A stretch of DNA of 64,000 bases. Origin: Candidatus Micrarchaeota archaeon. Its GTDB lineage: Archaea; Micrarchaeota; Micrarchaeia; Anstonellales; Bilamarchaeaceae. Position numbers and translations under genes: made by a program. Of this stretch, positions 8,800-18,323 are shown piece after piece; the first letter of the stretch is position 1; the number at the start of each line of letters is the position of its first letter. The notes below the pieces were generated by a model that made no database searches, was not told where the DNA came from, and saw nothing but the letters and a program-made list of their open reading frames with translations. The stretch covers positions 29,237 to 93,236 of the forward strand of contig WJMK01000039.1 in the NCBI GenBank assembly GCA_014727975.1, in the 5' to 3' direction.

Positions 8800-11700
8800 C
8801 TATTGCTTCTTTTTTCCAGTTTTTTTCTTTTCTCCCGCAAAATAGTAAATATATGCTGCTGCGAGCAGGAGCACAATTATTGCAATTGCCCAGTAGTACC
8901 AGCAAAGCCCGAAAAGTTCCATGCAGAGCCCAAAGAGGCAGCAAACAGGTGCAGGCTCTTCTTCCTCCGGGGCTTCTTCCGGAACTGAAGGGGGGATTTC
9001 GACTTCTGCGGAGGGTGCGGGCGGCTCTGGCTCTTGAATTGGCTCAATTGCAAGAACGCATTCACTATCAACACACCAGTAGCCCACGGGGCAATCGGAA
9101 TCTGCTGCGCACCCTGGTTCTTCTTCAGGGATTTCGGGCTCCTCCTGCGGCACTTCCGGCTCGCCTTCAGTAGGCGGGGGGCCTTCTCCTCCTTCCTCAC
9201 ACAGGACAATTGAAATCAAGCCTGCTTTGTACTCATACCCATCTGCTGAAACCTGGTAATGGTAGTTTCCTGGTTCCTCCGGAGCAAATGAACCTTCTCC
9301 GGCTGAATCAGTTTCAAAGGAGCTATAAAGCACAATGGTGCTGTCCGGGCCATAGATATCTGCATTAAGGCCTTCAACACCTTGCCCTGAGTGGATTGCA
9401 GTAAAGTTCACCTGCTCCCCTGCGCATTCCCCTTCAACCTGCAAATCATATTCTGCATCATGCCCATTTCCTGGCGGATTTGGCCCTGGAGGGGTGGCAT
9501 TGGGCGGATACCAAATTGTGTAATTGACTACATATGTGGAGAAGTTCTTCACATCCATCCTTATCTCGTGGTTGGCTTCATCGAATACAATATTATGGCA
9601 CTGGGTGGGTGGGCAGGGAACCCCATTTTCCATTGCCTCTGTTTTGTTGCGCGTGTAGTTCTCGTAATAGGCAATGTTTCCGTCCCAGCTATCCACATTG
9701 TGGAAGATAAGCGAGGTATTGAATGTTTCCATGAATTGCCCGACTGCTCCCCCATATTCGCTTCCATTTACTGAAGCCATTCCTGTTTCAACATAAATGA
9801 AATGGTCAGAAAGCATAATCGGGTTTCCTGCTATAAGAGGGTGGGTGGTGTCGATGTCCCAGATTACAAGGTCCGTGAGTTGGCCGTACGTGGTGAGATT
9901 GAAGGGGCGGGTCTCATTCTGTATGGATATTGAGCTGTCATGGAGAGAAACACGCACTCCGCCGAACTCGTTGCTGAATGTGATATTGTCCATAGTAAAG
10001 TTGGTGTTGTAAAGATTGAAGCGGCAGTTGAGTGATTCGAGCGGCGCATGCGCAACTCTAAGGTCAGCTGCGCTGTCGAATACAATCTCTGCGTCCTCTT
10101 CGCATCCAAAGAATACCCCTGTGTCATTGGAGATGAGAGAAACCCCAAGACCCATGAAATCAGCAAGGTCAAGGGTGCTGCCGAATGTGCCCGGGAGCCT
10201 TGTGCCATTCATAATCATCTGCCCGGAATACAGGGTGAGGTTGTCAACCCGTGCATTGTTGAAATCCGTTGCAACCATTATGGGTATAGTCTTGATGTGT
10301 GAATTGCGCACATTTCCCGCGATCATGAAAACAAATTCAAGCTCAGAGTCCACAACCTCTCCTGAGCAGCCATCAACAACTACATCTCCCAGAATTCCTG
10401 AAATGTCCCCAAGGTACTGTTCTTCAGTATTGTAAATTACTCCGGAGAAGACCATGCGGGAATTGGATATATTTACGCAATCCAGCCTAGAGAGCACAAT
10501 CTCGGAATCGGTAATTGTGGAATTGTATGCAAATGAATTTAGGCGCATATCTGAGTTCTGTATATCGGAATTGATTGCAAACCATGAGAAATCATTGTTT
10601 GGATCTAGGGTGGTTGTGGGGGAAGTGCCTGCATCCCCATAAGAGATAAGGGAGCCATATGTGATGTTGAGGTTGTCCACCTGGACCTTGCCAGAGGTAT
10701 CAGAACTTACCTCAAAATCGAATTCCCTTCCATAAAAGTCCCCTTCTGCATCTTCATCGAATACTATTATGTCTGAATAGATGGAATTGTTGAGGTATCC
10801 CATATATGAAAGGAGGCCGATGTCAAACCACTTGTCCCCATAATACTCTTCTTCATATTCAACTGCGTATAGCTCAAACCTCCCGAATGAAGTGTCTCCC
10901 TGCATCTGGTCTGTAAGCGGGTCAGAGGAAAGTGCTGCATAAAAAGTATCGTTGTGAGGAGAGCAATTTATGGAGATGGGAACCGAATCATAGAGGAAAA
11001 CAGTGGTGTCGTTGGTTGAGTAGTAGGAAAGCTCGTGCCACCCGGTTACCGGTGCCCAACCAAGCAGAGGCGTAACCTGGGTAAGGTTGAATGCGATGCT
11101 CTGGGTAAGGTTGGGGCACATTACTGCAAGATAGTCCTGGAAATAGAAAATCCCTCCGCGCTGGTATTCTGCAGAAGCGGCTGCTGTTGTGGGGGCTATT
11201 GTTCCATTTACAAAGTAAAGGCCGGGGGCAGCATCAAAATCAGATTCATTGAAATAGACGCTTGTTACAACATAAACTCCTGATTCGTTTGTGGTGGGCG
11301 GGCTTATGGGCTGGTCGAAATAAAGTGCATTTGCTGTGTTTGTGCCTCCAGGCGCCGATGGCTGGGAGACGAGTTCTATTTTGCTGAGCGCAGGCAGGTA
11401 ATTGTAAGTTGCAGTTCCCCCAAATACAGAAACGTTGCGCATCAGCCAGCGGGTAGTGTTGAGCGGGTTGTTGAAGTGGTCAAATTCAGCCCAGTCCTGT
11501 GCCCAACTGCCAGGGCCCCCTGAATATGCGGAAACATTGGCCCATTCAGCAGAGATGTTTCCATGGAAAGCATCGGTCAGGAAATCCGAGGAAATCATTG
11601 GGTAAAGGTCTCCTGATGTTTCGTTAAAGCACTGGAATACCTGGACCCCGTCAAGATAATAAGTTGTTGTGTCATTGGTGAGGTTTATCTTGAAGGTGTG

Positions 11701-13077
11701 GTATCCAGCAGAAGTGGGGACTACAGATGCAGGGTTTCCGTCAGGACAGCCAATAAGGGTTGCATTGTTCCCGAAAGCCATGAATCCTCGGAGCTGGGAC
11801 CCTGCAGATGCCATGGGACTCGGATAGGAAGCATTGGTTGTGAATGCAATCATCCCTGCGCCTTCTGGAAGCGGCATAGACATGTCTATTGGGGGCTCTT
11901 CTGCAGTAGAGATGTTTGCCTCGAATACAAATGAGCCTCCGCTCCCATCTACTGTGTGGTTCCTGTAAAAGTACATTGAGGAGCCTGAAGCGTTGCCCTC
12001 AGAGTAAAGCTCTATGGTTGATGAAGCGCTGTTGTCAACATAATATCCAAGCACGCTATTGCTTGTGCCAATGAAAAGCCACTGTGGGTCAAGGCCTGGA
12101 TTGTTGAAATCATCTGAGAAGGAGATTGTGGGCACCGGACCCGTGTAATTTGTAAGAGTGAAAAGCATCCTGCGCACCTGGGTGCGGTATTTGCCCGGAG
12201 TGCCATAAGCAGGGCAGGGAAGCTCGAAAACAGTTGCATTCATTACTACAGTGCCATTTGGCACATTAAGGCCGGGGATTAATGAACTAAGGTTGATTCC
12301 TGGAACTGATAGCTGCACCGGGTAAACCTCAGAGGAAGAAGTAACTTCCCGGACCTGGTCCCAGTCGTAGCAGGTATATGAAAGCCCGGAAAGGCGAGCA
12401 TCAAGAAGAAGGTCAAAACCTGGTGGAAGTGCGGTTCCGCTCAGGTCCACTATCTGGGCAATAAGGTCATCAGGGACACTTGGCTCAATTATGAGGAGCT
12501 CGTAAGAAACAGGCACATCAACATCATGCATCTTGGGATTCTTCTGGCTTATCCCCCACTCAAGTGCAAGCCCGGTGCCGCCCCCTGAGACAGCTGCAAA
12601 AAGATAGGTTGCAAAATTGGCCATTGAAGGCGCCTGGTGGACAAACAGATATTCATTGAATACTGAAGCATTTACCTGGACCTGCTGGCAGGAAGTGAGG
12701 GTGCCCGGGTAAAAGAGGGTGGAACCGCCCGTGGGCCAGTGCATCGTTAAGTTAGAGGCATTTGACCCCATGTGCTCTATCGGGCAGATGCGCATTGAAA
12801 AATTCTGGATTACCCCTGAGTTGTTTGGGCCGGGGCGCGAGGAGTTCCCAACCGTTGTGTACCTGGAGATATTGAGGCTGAATTCATCACTGTCCCCGGG
12901 GGAATCAAACGTGAGGTTCTGCCCTGTGGAGAGGTCTGCAAACGTAGTGAGCTCCACGGGTATGGGAGGCTCAGGGATAATTATGCATCCGAATATGAAA
13001 AAGAAAACCGCCAAAAGAACAAAAAGCTCGTCCATGTGCCTGAAGCTGAACGAGCCCTTACTGGTTTTGCCTCGCAT
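8800..13077 (-). CDS. giant secreted surface protein with signal peptide, parallel beta-helix-like repeats, PE-rich stalk and C-terminal TM anchor
   Basis: 1425 aa; N-terminal hydrophobic signal (MDELFVLLAVFFFIFG); dozens of N-x-S/T sequons; C-terminus CPVGYWCVDSEC, PE-rich linker, then TM LCWYYWAIAIIVLLLAAAYIYYF followed by a KKK tail. Confidence 0.7.
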   Translation of the reverse strand: MRGKTSKGSFSFRHMDELFVLLAVFFFIFGCIIIPEPPIPVELTTFADLSTGQNLTFDSPGDSDEFSLNISRYTTVGNSSRPGPNNSGVIQNFSMRICPIEHMGSNASNLTMHWPTGGSTLFYPGTLTSCQQVQVNASVFNEYLFVHQAPSMANFATYLFAAVSGGGTGLALEWGISQKNPKMHDVDVPVSYELLIIEPSVPDDLIAQIVDLSGTALPPGFDLLLDARLSGLSYTCYDWDQVREVTSSSEVYPVQLSVPGINLSSLIPGLNVPNGTVVMNATVFELPCPAYGTPGKYRTQVRRMLFTLTNYTGPVPTISFSDDFNNPGLDPQWLFIGTSNSVLGYYVDNSASSTIELYSEGNASGSSMYFYRNHTVDGSGGSFVFEANISTAEEPPIDMSMPLPEGAGMIAFTTNASYPSPMASAGSQLRGFMAFGNNATLIGCPDGNPASVVPTSAGYHTFKINLTNDTTTYYLDGVQVFQCFNETSGDLYPMISSDFLTDAFHGNISAEWANVSAYSGGPGSWAQDWAEFDHFNNPLNTTRWLMRNVSVFGGTATYNYLPALSKIELVSQPSAPGGTNTANALYFDQPISPPTTNESGVYVVTSVYFNESDFDAAPGLYFVNGTIAPTTAAASAEYQRGGIFYFQDYLAVMCPNLTQSIAFNLTQVTPLLGWAPVTGWHELSYYSTNDTTVFLYDSVPISINCSPHNDTFYAALSSDPLTDQMQGDTSFGRFELYAVEYEEEYYGDKWFDIGLLSYMGYLNNSIYSDIIVFDEDAEGDFYGREFDFEVSSDTSGKVQVDNLNITYGSLISYGDAGTSPTTTLDPNNDFSWFAINSDIQNSDMRLNSFAYNSTITDSEIVLSRLDCVNISNSRMVFSGVIYNTEEQYLGDISGILGDVVVDGCSGEVVDSELEFVFMIAGNVRNSHIKTIPIMVATDFNNARVDNLTLYSGQMIMNGTRLPGTFGSTLDLADFMGLGVSLISNDTGVFFGCEEDAEIVFDSAADLRVAHAPLESLNCRFNLYNTNFTMDNITFSNEFGGVRVSLHDSSISIQNETRPFNLTTYGQLTDLVIWDIDTTHPLIAGNPIMLSDHFIYVETGMASVNGSEYGGAVGQFMETFNTSLIFHNVDSWDGNIAYYENYTRNKTEAMENGVPCPPTQCHNIVFDEANHEIRMDVKNFSTYVVNYTIWYPPNATPPGPNPPGNGHDAEYDLQVEGECAGEQVNFTAIHSGQGVEGLNADIYGPDSTIVLYSSFETDSAGEGSFAPEEPGNYHYQVSADGYEYKAGLISIVLCEEGGEGPPPTEGEPEVPQEEPEIPEEEPGCAADSDCPVGYWCVDSECVLAIEPIQEPEPPAPSAEVEIPPSVPEEAPEEEEPAPVCCLFGLCMELFGLCWYYWAIAIIVLLLAAAYIYYFAGEKKKTGKKKQ

Positions 13078-13279
13078 GGCGTAAAGGTCCTACTTAATGC
13101 TTATAAAATATTGATAATGTATTGATTTTTTGCATTCTTTGGGGTGGGGTGTGTTAGAAAGGGGAAAATGGAGGGTTTAAAAGCCTTCTTGTGCATAAAC
13201 TAAACTAAGCGAACGAGTGAAGAACGACGAAAAGAAAGGAGAGGTTTGTTTTAAAACCTTTCCAGCAAAAAGAAGAACT

Positions 13280-13705
13280 ATGGGTTCGGAAATACGAGTA
13301 GGAGACATAATGAAAAAAAATGTTATTTCCATTGAAGAAGATGCACCCATAACCGAAGTTGCAAAACTAATGAAGATTCACGACATTGGCTCAATAGTGA
13401 TTTCAAAGAACAAGAAAGCTGAAGGGATTATTACAGAGAAAGATATGATATGCCAGGTCGTGGCAAAAGGTGCAGACGCTTCAAAAATAACTGCAAAGGA
13501 AATCATGAGCAGGCCTTTGAAAGTAGTAAGGCCGCACACAACTGTTGAAGAAACTGCAAACCTGATGCAGAAATACAGTGTGAAAAGATTTCCAGTGGTA
13601 AATGAGAATAATGAACTGGTGGGAATGATAAGCGAGGGGGACATAACAAGTTTGTTCCCTTCGATAGTAGACCTGCTGGAAGAAAGGGCCAGTGCTGGCC
13701 GATAA
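13280..13705 (+). CDS. CBS-domain pair protein
   Basis: Two CBS modules (DIMKKNVISI...; EIMSRPLKVV...FPVV); start at ATG 13280, although the track ORF begins at an upstream GTG. Confidence 0.75.
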   Translation: MGSEIRVGDIMKKNVISIEEDAPITEVAKLMKIHDIGSIVISKNKKAEGIITEKDMICQVVAKGADASKITAKEIMSRPLKVVRPHTTVEETANLMQKYSVKRFPVVNENNELVGMISEGDITSLFPSIVDLLEERASAGR

Positions 13706-13890
13706 AAAACCTGGACGTGCGCACAGGTGCTCCCGGGAAACGCCGGAAGGCGTAATGCTCACGCTGTGCACAGGATGGCCGCGGTAGCCCCGAGCGATGA
13801 CCGTTGCGTCAACAGTGCACAGCTCACTTTCATGTCTCCTTCTCATTTTCTGTAATCCATAAAATGCAAAGCAAATGGCAAGTGTAATGC

Positions 13891-14157
13891 ATGAGAATAC
13901 AGATGCGTGTGGTCCCAAATGCAAAAGCTTTCAGGATTGAGCAAAGCGAAGCAGGGTGGAAAGCATACGTAAAGGAAAAGGCAGAAGACAACAAGGCAAA
14001 CCTTGCACTCCTGAAAGGGCTGAAGAAGCTCCTTAAGCGGGAAGTGCGGCTGGTTTCAGGCGCAAAAGCAAGGAACAAGGTGCTTGAGATTGACGGAACA
14101 GAGGAAGAGGTCCTTGGCGCCCTCAGAAAGGAAGGCACAGGAAAAGGAACTCAGTAA
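13891..14157 (+). CDS. DUF167/YggU-family small protein
   Basis: 88 aa; IQMRVVPNAKAFRIE matches the conserved 'V.PnAk' opening of UPF0235/DUF167. Confidence 0.55.
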   Translation: MRIQMRVVPNAKAFRIEQSEAGWKAYVKEKAEDNKANLALLKGLKKLLKREVRLVSGAKARNKVLEIDGTEEEVLGALRKEGTGKGTQ

Positions 14158-14161
14158 ACTG

Positions 14162-14503
14162 ATGGAAAAACTGGAGGAATCGGTTGTGCTCGTGGAAGGG
14201 AAAAAAGACGAACGGGCGCTGGCCCCCTACATAAAAGAGGGCAGGATTCTCCAGGCATCAGGAAAGCTCCGCACAGCCTGCGAAAGGGCTTCCGGGGAGC
14301 ACGTCAAGGAAGTGGTTGTGCTGACAGACAGGGACAAAGCAGGTGAAGAGCTGGCAAGGATGGCAGAAGAAGAGCTCGGCCGCTATGGAATACGTGCAGA
14401 CCTGGAAACAAGAAAGAGGCTCCTGGCAATTCTCAGGATTACGCATGTAGAGAACTTTGCAAAAAAATATGAGGAAAAGAAACAGGAACTTGAAGAAAAC
14501 TGA
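14162..14503 (+). CDS. small Toprim-domain protein
   Basis: ATG at 14162 immediately after the DUF167 stop; VVLVEGKKDERAL...VVVLTDRDKAGEEL are the Toprim E and DxD motifs. Confidence 0.55.
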   Translation: MEKLEESVVLVEGKKDERALAPYIKEGRILQASGKLRTACERASGEHVKEVVVLTDRDKAGEELARMAEEELGRYGIRADLETRKRLLAILRITHVENFAKKYEEKKQELEEN

Positions 14504-14574
14504 ACAAAAAAGAAAACAAAAACAGAAAACAAAGAAAAACAAAACGAAAACAAGAATGAAAAAAGGTGAAAACA

Positions 14575-16017
14575 ATGGCAAAAACGTACATTGATACAGT
14601 AAAGTACCTCATCTATGCAGACGTTGATGTGGATGGGATGGTAGATAAACCCGATGTGGTTGGCGCAATTTTTGGCCAGACCGAAGGGCTACTTGGAGAA
14701 GACCTCGACCTGAGGGACCTCCAGAAAAACGGCAGAATAGGGAGGATTGAAGTTGACCTCCGCTCAAAAGGAGGGAGAACACGCGGAGTGATCAAGGTGC
14801 CGAGCTCCCTGGACATGGTGGAAACCTGCATAATTGGTGCAGCCATTGAAACTGTTGAGCGCGTGGGCCCCTGCGAGGCAAACATAAAAATCAGCCAGGT
14901 GGAAGACACCCGCAACATAAAGAGGGACAAGCTCATCGAGAGGTCTAAGGGCCTCCTTCGCACGCTCATCAATACGGAGCTCCCGGAAAGCCAGGAGATT
15001 TCAGACATGGTGAGGGAAGAGGTAAAGGCAGCAGAGATTACTACCTACGGAAGGGACAAACTGCCATCAGGGCCCGGAATAAGCAGGGCAGAGGCAATAA
15101 TCCTTGTTGAAGGAAGGGCAGATGTTGTGAACCTCCTCAAGAAAGACCTTGCGAATGTGGTTGCAATCGGAGGGGCGAAAATCCCGCCTACCATAAATGC
15201 ACTTACCAGGGAAAAAGAAGTGACCGTATTCCTGGACGGGGACCGAGGAGGAGACATGATACTCCGGGAGCTTGTCCAGGCAGGGGCAGACATCGATTTC
15301 CTTGCAAGGGCGCCAGCTGGAAAAGAGGTAGAAGAGCTCACACGGAAAGAAGTGATGAAATGCCTCAAGAACAAGCTCCCTTTCGAGCAGGAAGCAAAGG
15401 ATGTTGGCGCACCCATCCCCTCCAGCAGGAACACGATTATGCCTTCATCCGCAAGGCCTCCGGCCCAGCCTGCACCCCGACAGGAGCAGAGGGAGCAGGA
15501 GCCAAAGCCTGAGCCCAGGAGAGAGCAGAGAAGCGAGCAAAGGAATGAGAGGAAAAAGAAACGGGAATCAATAGTTGAACGCGTGGAAAGGGAAGCCGCA
15601 AAAGTAAAGGCATCCATAAAGGAAGACTCCTCCCCTGTTTCCCCGGAACTTGAAAAAATAGTCGAGAAAAAGCTGGAAAAGGCGAAAAAGGAAGAAATGC
15701 CTGATGAAACAGAAGCGCCCCCTAAAAAGCTGAGCAAAGAAGAGCTCAATGATGAGCTAATTGCACTTTCCAAAAGCCTGAAGGCGCGCTTCTACAATGA
15801 GCAGTATGAAATGATTAAGGAGCTGCCTGTGCGTGAAGTGATTAAGTCTCTCGAAGAAGTGAAGGGAATACATGCGATAGTGTTTGACGGTATTGTTACC
15901 CAGAGGCTTGTGGACCTTGCGGAAAGCAAAGGCGTGCAGGTCCTTGTGGGCGGCAAGATGGGGAACGTAAACAAGAAACCCACAAAGCTTGAGCTTGTAA
16001 TTCCCTCCAAAAAATAG
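14575..16017 (+). CDS. dnaG: archaeal DnaG-type primase (Toprim) with a long charged C-terminal extension
   Basis: TVKYLIYADVDVDGMVDKPDVVGAIFGQTEGLLG is the archaeal DnaG N-terminus; Toprim ILVEGRADV...FLDGDRGG; about 150 aa of K/E/P-rich tail. Confidence 0.85.
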   Translation: MAKTYIDTVKYLIYADVDVDGMVDKPDVVGAIFGQTEGLLGEDLDLRDLQKNGRIGRIEVDLRSKGGRTRGVIKVPSSLDMVETCIIGAAIETVERVGPCEANIKISQVEDTRNIKRDKLIERSKGLLRTLINTELPESQEISDMVREEVKAAEITTYGRDKLPSGPGISRAEAIILVEGRADVVNLLKKDLANVVAIGGAKIPPTINALTREKEVTVFLDGDRGGDMILRELVQAGADIDFLARAPAGKEVEELTRKEVMKCLKNKLPFEQEAKDVGAPIPSSRNTIMPSSARPPAQPAPRQEQREQEPKPEPRREQRSEQRNERKKKRESIVERVEREAAKVKASIKEDSSPVSPELEKIVEKKLEKAKKEEMPDETEAPPKKLSKEELNDELIALSKSLKARFYNEQYEMIKELPVREVIKSLEEVKGIHAIVFDGIVTQRLVDLAESKGVQVLVGGKMGNVNKKPTKLELVIPSKK

Positions 16018-16028
16018 GTGCTGCATGG

Positions 16029-17282
16029 ATGAAAAGGGTATTCATTGAAACATATGGATGTACCCTGAATCATGCAGACTCAGACATAATGAGGGGCATT
16101 CTGGAAGAAGCAGGGTACGCAGTTTTCCCGGATGCCCCAATCTTTATTCTTAATACCTGTGCAGTAAAGGAAACCACGGAAAACAAGCTTATTTCCAGGA
16201 TTGAAAAACTTAAGGCCGAAGGAAAGAAACTGGTGGTTGCAGGCTGCCTGGGGATGGAGCCGAACCAAAAAAGGGTTAAGAAAGCGGACCCGGATGCAGT
16301 TATCGTGCTGCCTGATGCAGTTTCGCATATAGTGGAGGCAGTTGAGTGCGCAGAGAGGGGAGAATCACGGATTTTCAGTGGAGGGACCCTTAAGGGGAGC
16401 CTTCCAAGGGAATACACTGCGCCGATACTGCGCATAGGGGCACAGGACGGATGCGTAGGCAACTGCTATTTCTGCCAGACCAAGATTGCAAGGCCGAAGC
16501 TTGCGAGCATTCCGCTGCGCGAGATAAAGCGCTGGGTTGAGGAAGGAGTGAAGCGGGGGGCAAAGGAAATACAGATTACCGGGCAGGATACCGGAGCATA
16601 TGGAATAGACATAGGATCCACTCTCCCGGAAATGCTCCGGGAAGTGCTTGATGTAGAGGGAGACTTCAGAGTAAGGCTGGGGATGATTAACCCTGGGCAT
16701 GCAAAGCGCATGCTCCCTGAACTGCTGAAGTTGCTGGGGCACGAAAAATTCTACAAATTCCTGCACCTCCCTGTGCAGACAGGGAGCGAAAAAGTCCGGG
16801 AAGAGATGAACAGGATGCACTCTGTTGGGGATTTTGAAGACGTTGTCCGCAATGCCCGGAAGAAGTTCCCGGACCTGAGCGTTTCCACAGACATAATAGT
16901 AGGATACCCCACAGAGAGTGCGGATGACTTTGAGGAAAGCAAAAAGCTGCTGGAGAGGGTAGAGCCGGACACTGTAAACATTTCCAAATTCTCTTCAAGG
17001 AGGGGGACAGAGGCAAGCAGGCTGGGGAAAATAGATACCCTGGAAGTGAAGAGGCGCACGGTTGAAATGAGTGGGCTCGTGAAAAAGCTGGGGAAGAAAA
17101 GGAACTCCAGGTACCTGGGGAGAATTGCGGATGTGCTTATTACCGAGATGCAGAAAACCCCTACAGGAAGAATGGAAAACTACAAGCAGGTCTGCATTGG
17201 TGGGGATGCAGGGGTTGGGGAATGGAAAAAAGTAAAGATAGTGGATTGCAACCATGGGAGCCTGTTTGGAGAACAGGTTTAG
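16029..17282 (+). CDS. MiaB-like tRNA methylthiotransferase (archaeal e-MtaB/CDKAL1 type)
   Basis: N-terminal MTTase domain ETYGCTLNHADS; radical SAM CVGNCYFCQ; C-terminal TRAM domain. Confidence 0.85.
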   Translation: MKRVFIETYGCTLNHADSDIMRGILEEAGYAVFPDAPIFILNTCAVKETTENKLISRIEKLKAEGKKLVVAGCLGMEPNQKRVKKADPDAVIVLPDAVSHIVEAVECAERGESRIFSGGTLKGSLPREYTAPILRIGAQDGCVGNCYFCQTKIARPKLASIPLREIKRWVEEGVKRGAKEIQITGQDTGAYGIDIGSTLPEMLREVLDVEGDFRVRLGMINPGHAKRMLPELLKLLGHEKFYKFLHLPVQTGSEKVREEMNRMHSVGDFEDVVRNARKKFPDLSVSTDIIVGYPTESADDFEESKKLLERVEPDTVNISKFSSRRGTEASRLGKIDTLEVKRRTVEMSGLVKKLGKKRNSRYLGRIADVLITEMQKTPTGRMENYKQVCIGGDAGVGEWKKVKIVDCNHGSLFGEQV

Positions 17283-17773
17283 TTGCTGTAGGGATTGTAT
17301 ACGTAAATATCCACGTAGCCCAGCTCTGTTGTGCCATCATCGAAAAGATATGAGCCAACCCTGCGCACGCGGTAAATCTCATTTGAGTAGATATAGTCTT
17401 CCCCCTCTACTGCCCCTTCGTCCGGGTTGGAGGAATACCACCAGCACTCATTGTCTCCTTCCTTGTCCGTGAAATAGATTGCAACTCCATATTCAGAGCC
17501 CAGGGCATCCTGGGCATTGGTATCCCCGCTGCATAACCCTCCCACTTTGTCCCATACAATGTGCCTGTCGCTCCAGTTTACAGTTGTTCCATAGGGAACT
17601 TCAGTGGGGGAATAAAGGATATCTGCAATGCGGATTGCCTCTTTTGCAAGAGTGGACTGCTGCTGCTCGATTGAGTTGCTTACTCCATACCAATAGGAAA
17701 AAATTGCAACAAGGGTAAGGATGAATATAGAAGCGCCGACGATTGCATCAAAGCTGAAATACTGCCCTTTCAT
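17279..17773 (-). CDS. secreted pilin-like protein (class III signal peptide)
   Basis: MKG|QYFSFDAIVGASIFILTLVAIF: a [KR]G cleavage motif followed by a hydrophobic helix. Confidence 0.5.
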   Translation of the reverse strand: MKGQYFSFDAIVGASIFILTLVAIFSYWYGVSNSIEQQQSTLAKEAIRIADILYSPTEVPYGTTVNWSDRHIVWDKVGGLCSGDTNAQDALGSEYGVAIYFTDKEGDNECWWYSSNPDEGAVEGEDYIYSNEIYRVRRVGSYLFDDGTTELGYVDIYVYNPYSN

Positions 17774-17774
17774 T

Positions 17775-18323
17775 TTAGTCCTCCTCCAGCTCGCAGTAGA
17801 GCTCTATTGTGGGATATTCCTCCCCTTCCTCAATCCCTGTGTTTTTGAAGTAGATGTGCCCATCTGACTTCCCGGGTGTCAGGAGCAATGCAACATCCAC
17901 ATCCGAGCTTGAAGAAATGTCATCTATGCAAATCTGCCCGGGGGCACGCTCATAATTTGCGGGGGCGATTACATATGGGTAAACAAATTCCTGGTAGGTG
18001 CCTGCCCATGCAAACTGGATATAGCATCTCTTATCCTCCCCTGGTTCCTCATTGCATATGTATGTTACATTATAGTCCCGGGCTTCGAGCTTCTTCGGGA
18101 AAGAGGCATCATAGGTGAAGCCCTCCCCTCCCTTGTACGTGATTGTAGGTGCGGAAGCGAATTTGTATCCAAAAGCGTTTACAAGCTGCGATTCCCTGAG
18201 GCTGATTTCGCCGCGCTCAGTGAATGAGGTCAGCACATATGCTGCAATTGCAATAATCATGAATAGCCCTGCATACATCAGGAACTCGATTGCAACCTGC
18301 CCTTTCCTAGCCGCCATGCTCAA
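17775..18323 (-). CDS. archaeal type IV pilin-like protein
   Basis: MSMAARKG|QVAIEFLMYAGLFMIIAIAAYVL class III signal peptide. Confidence 0.6.
   Translation of the reverse strand: MSMAARKGQVAIEFLMYAGLFMIIAIAAYVLTSFTERGEISLRESQLVNAFGYKFASAPTITYKGGEGFTYDASFPKKLEARDYNVTYICNEEPGEDKRCYIQFAWAGTYQEFVYPYVIAPANYERAPGQICIDDISSSSDVDVALLLTPGKSDGHIYFKNTGIEEGEEYPTIELYCELEED

Noticed and set aside
15045-15773. 242-aa Ser-rich ORF antisense to the dnaG tail
   Set aside because: A shadow ORF produced by the K/E-rich C-terminal extension of DnaG.
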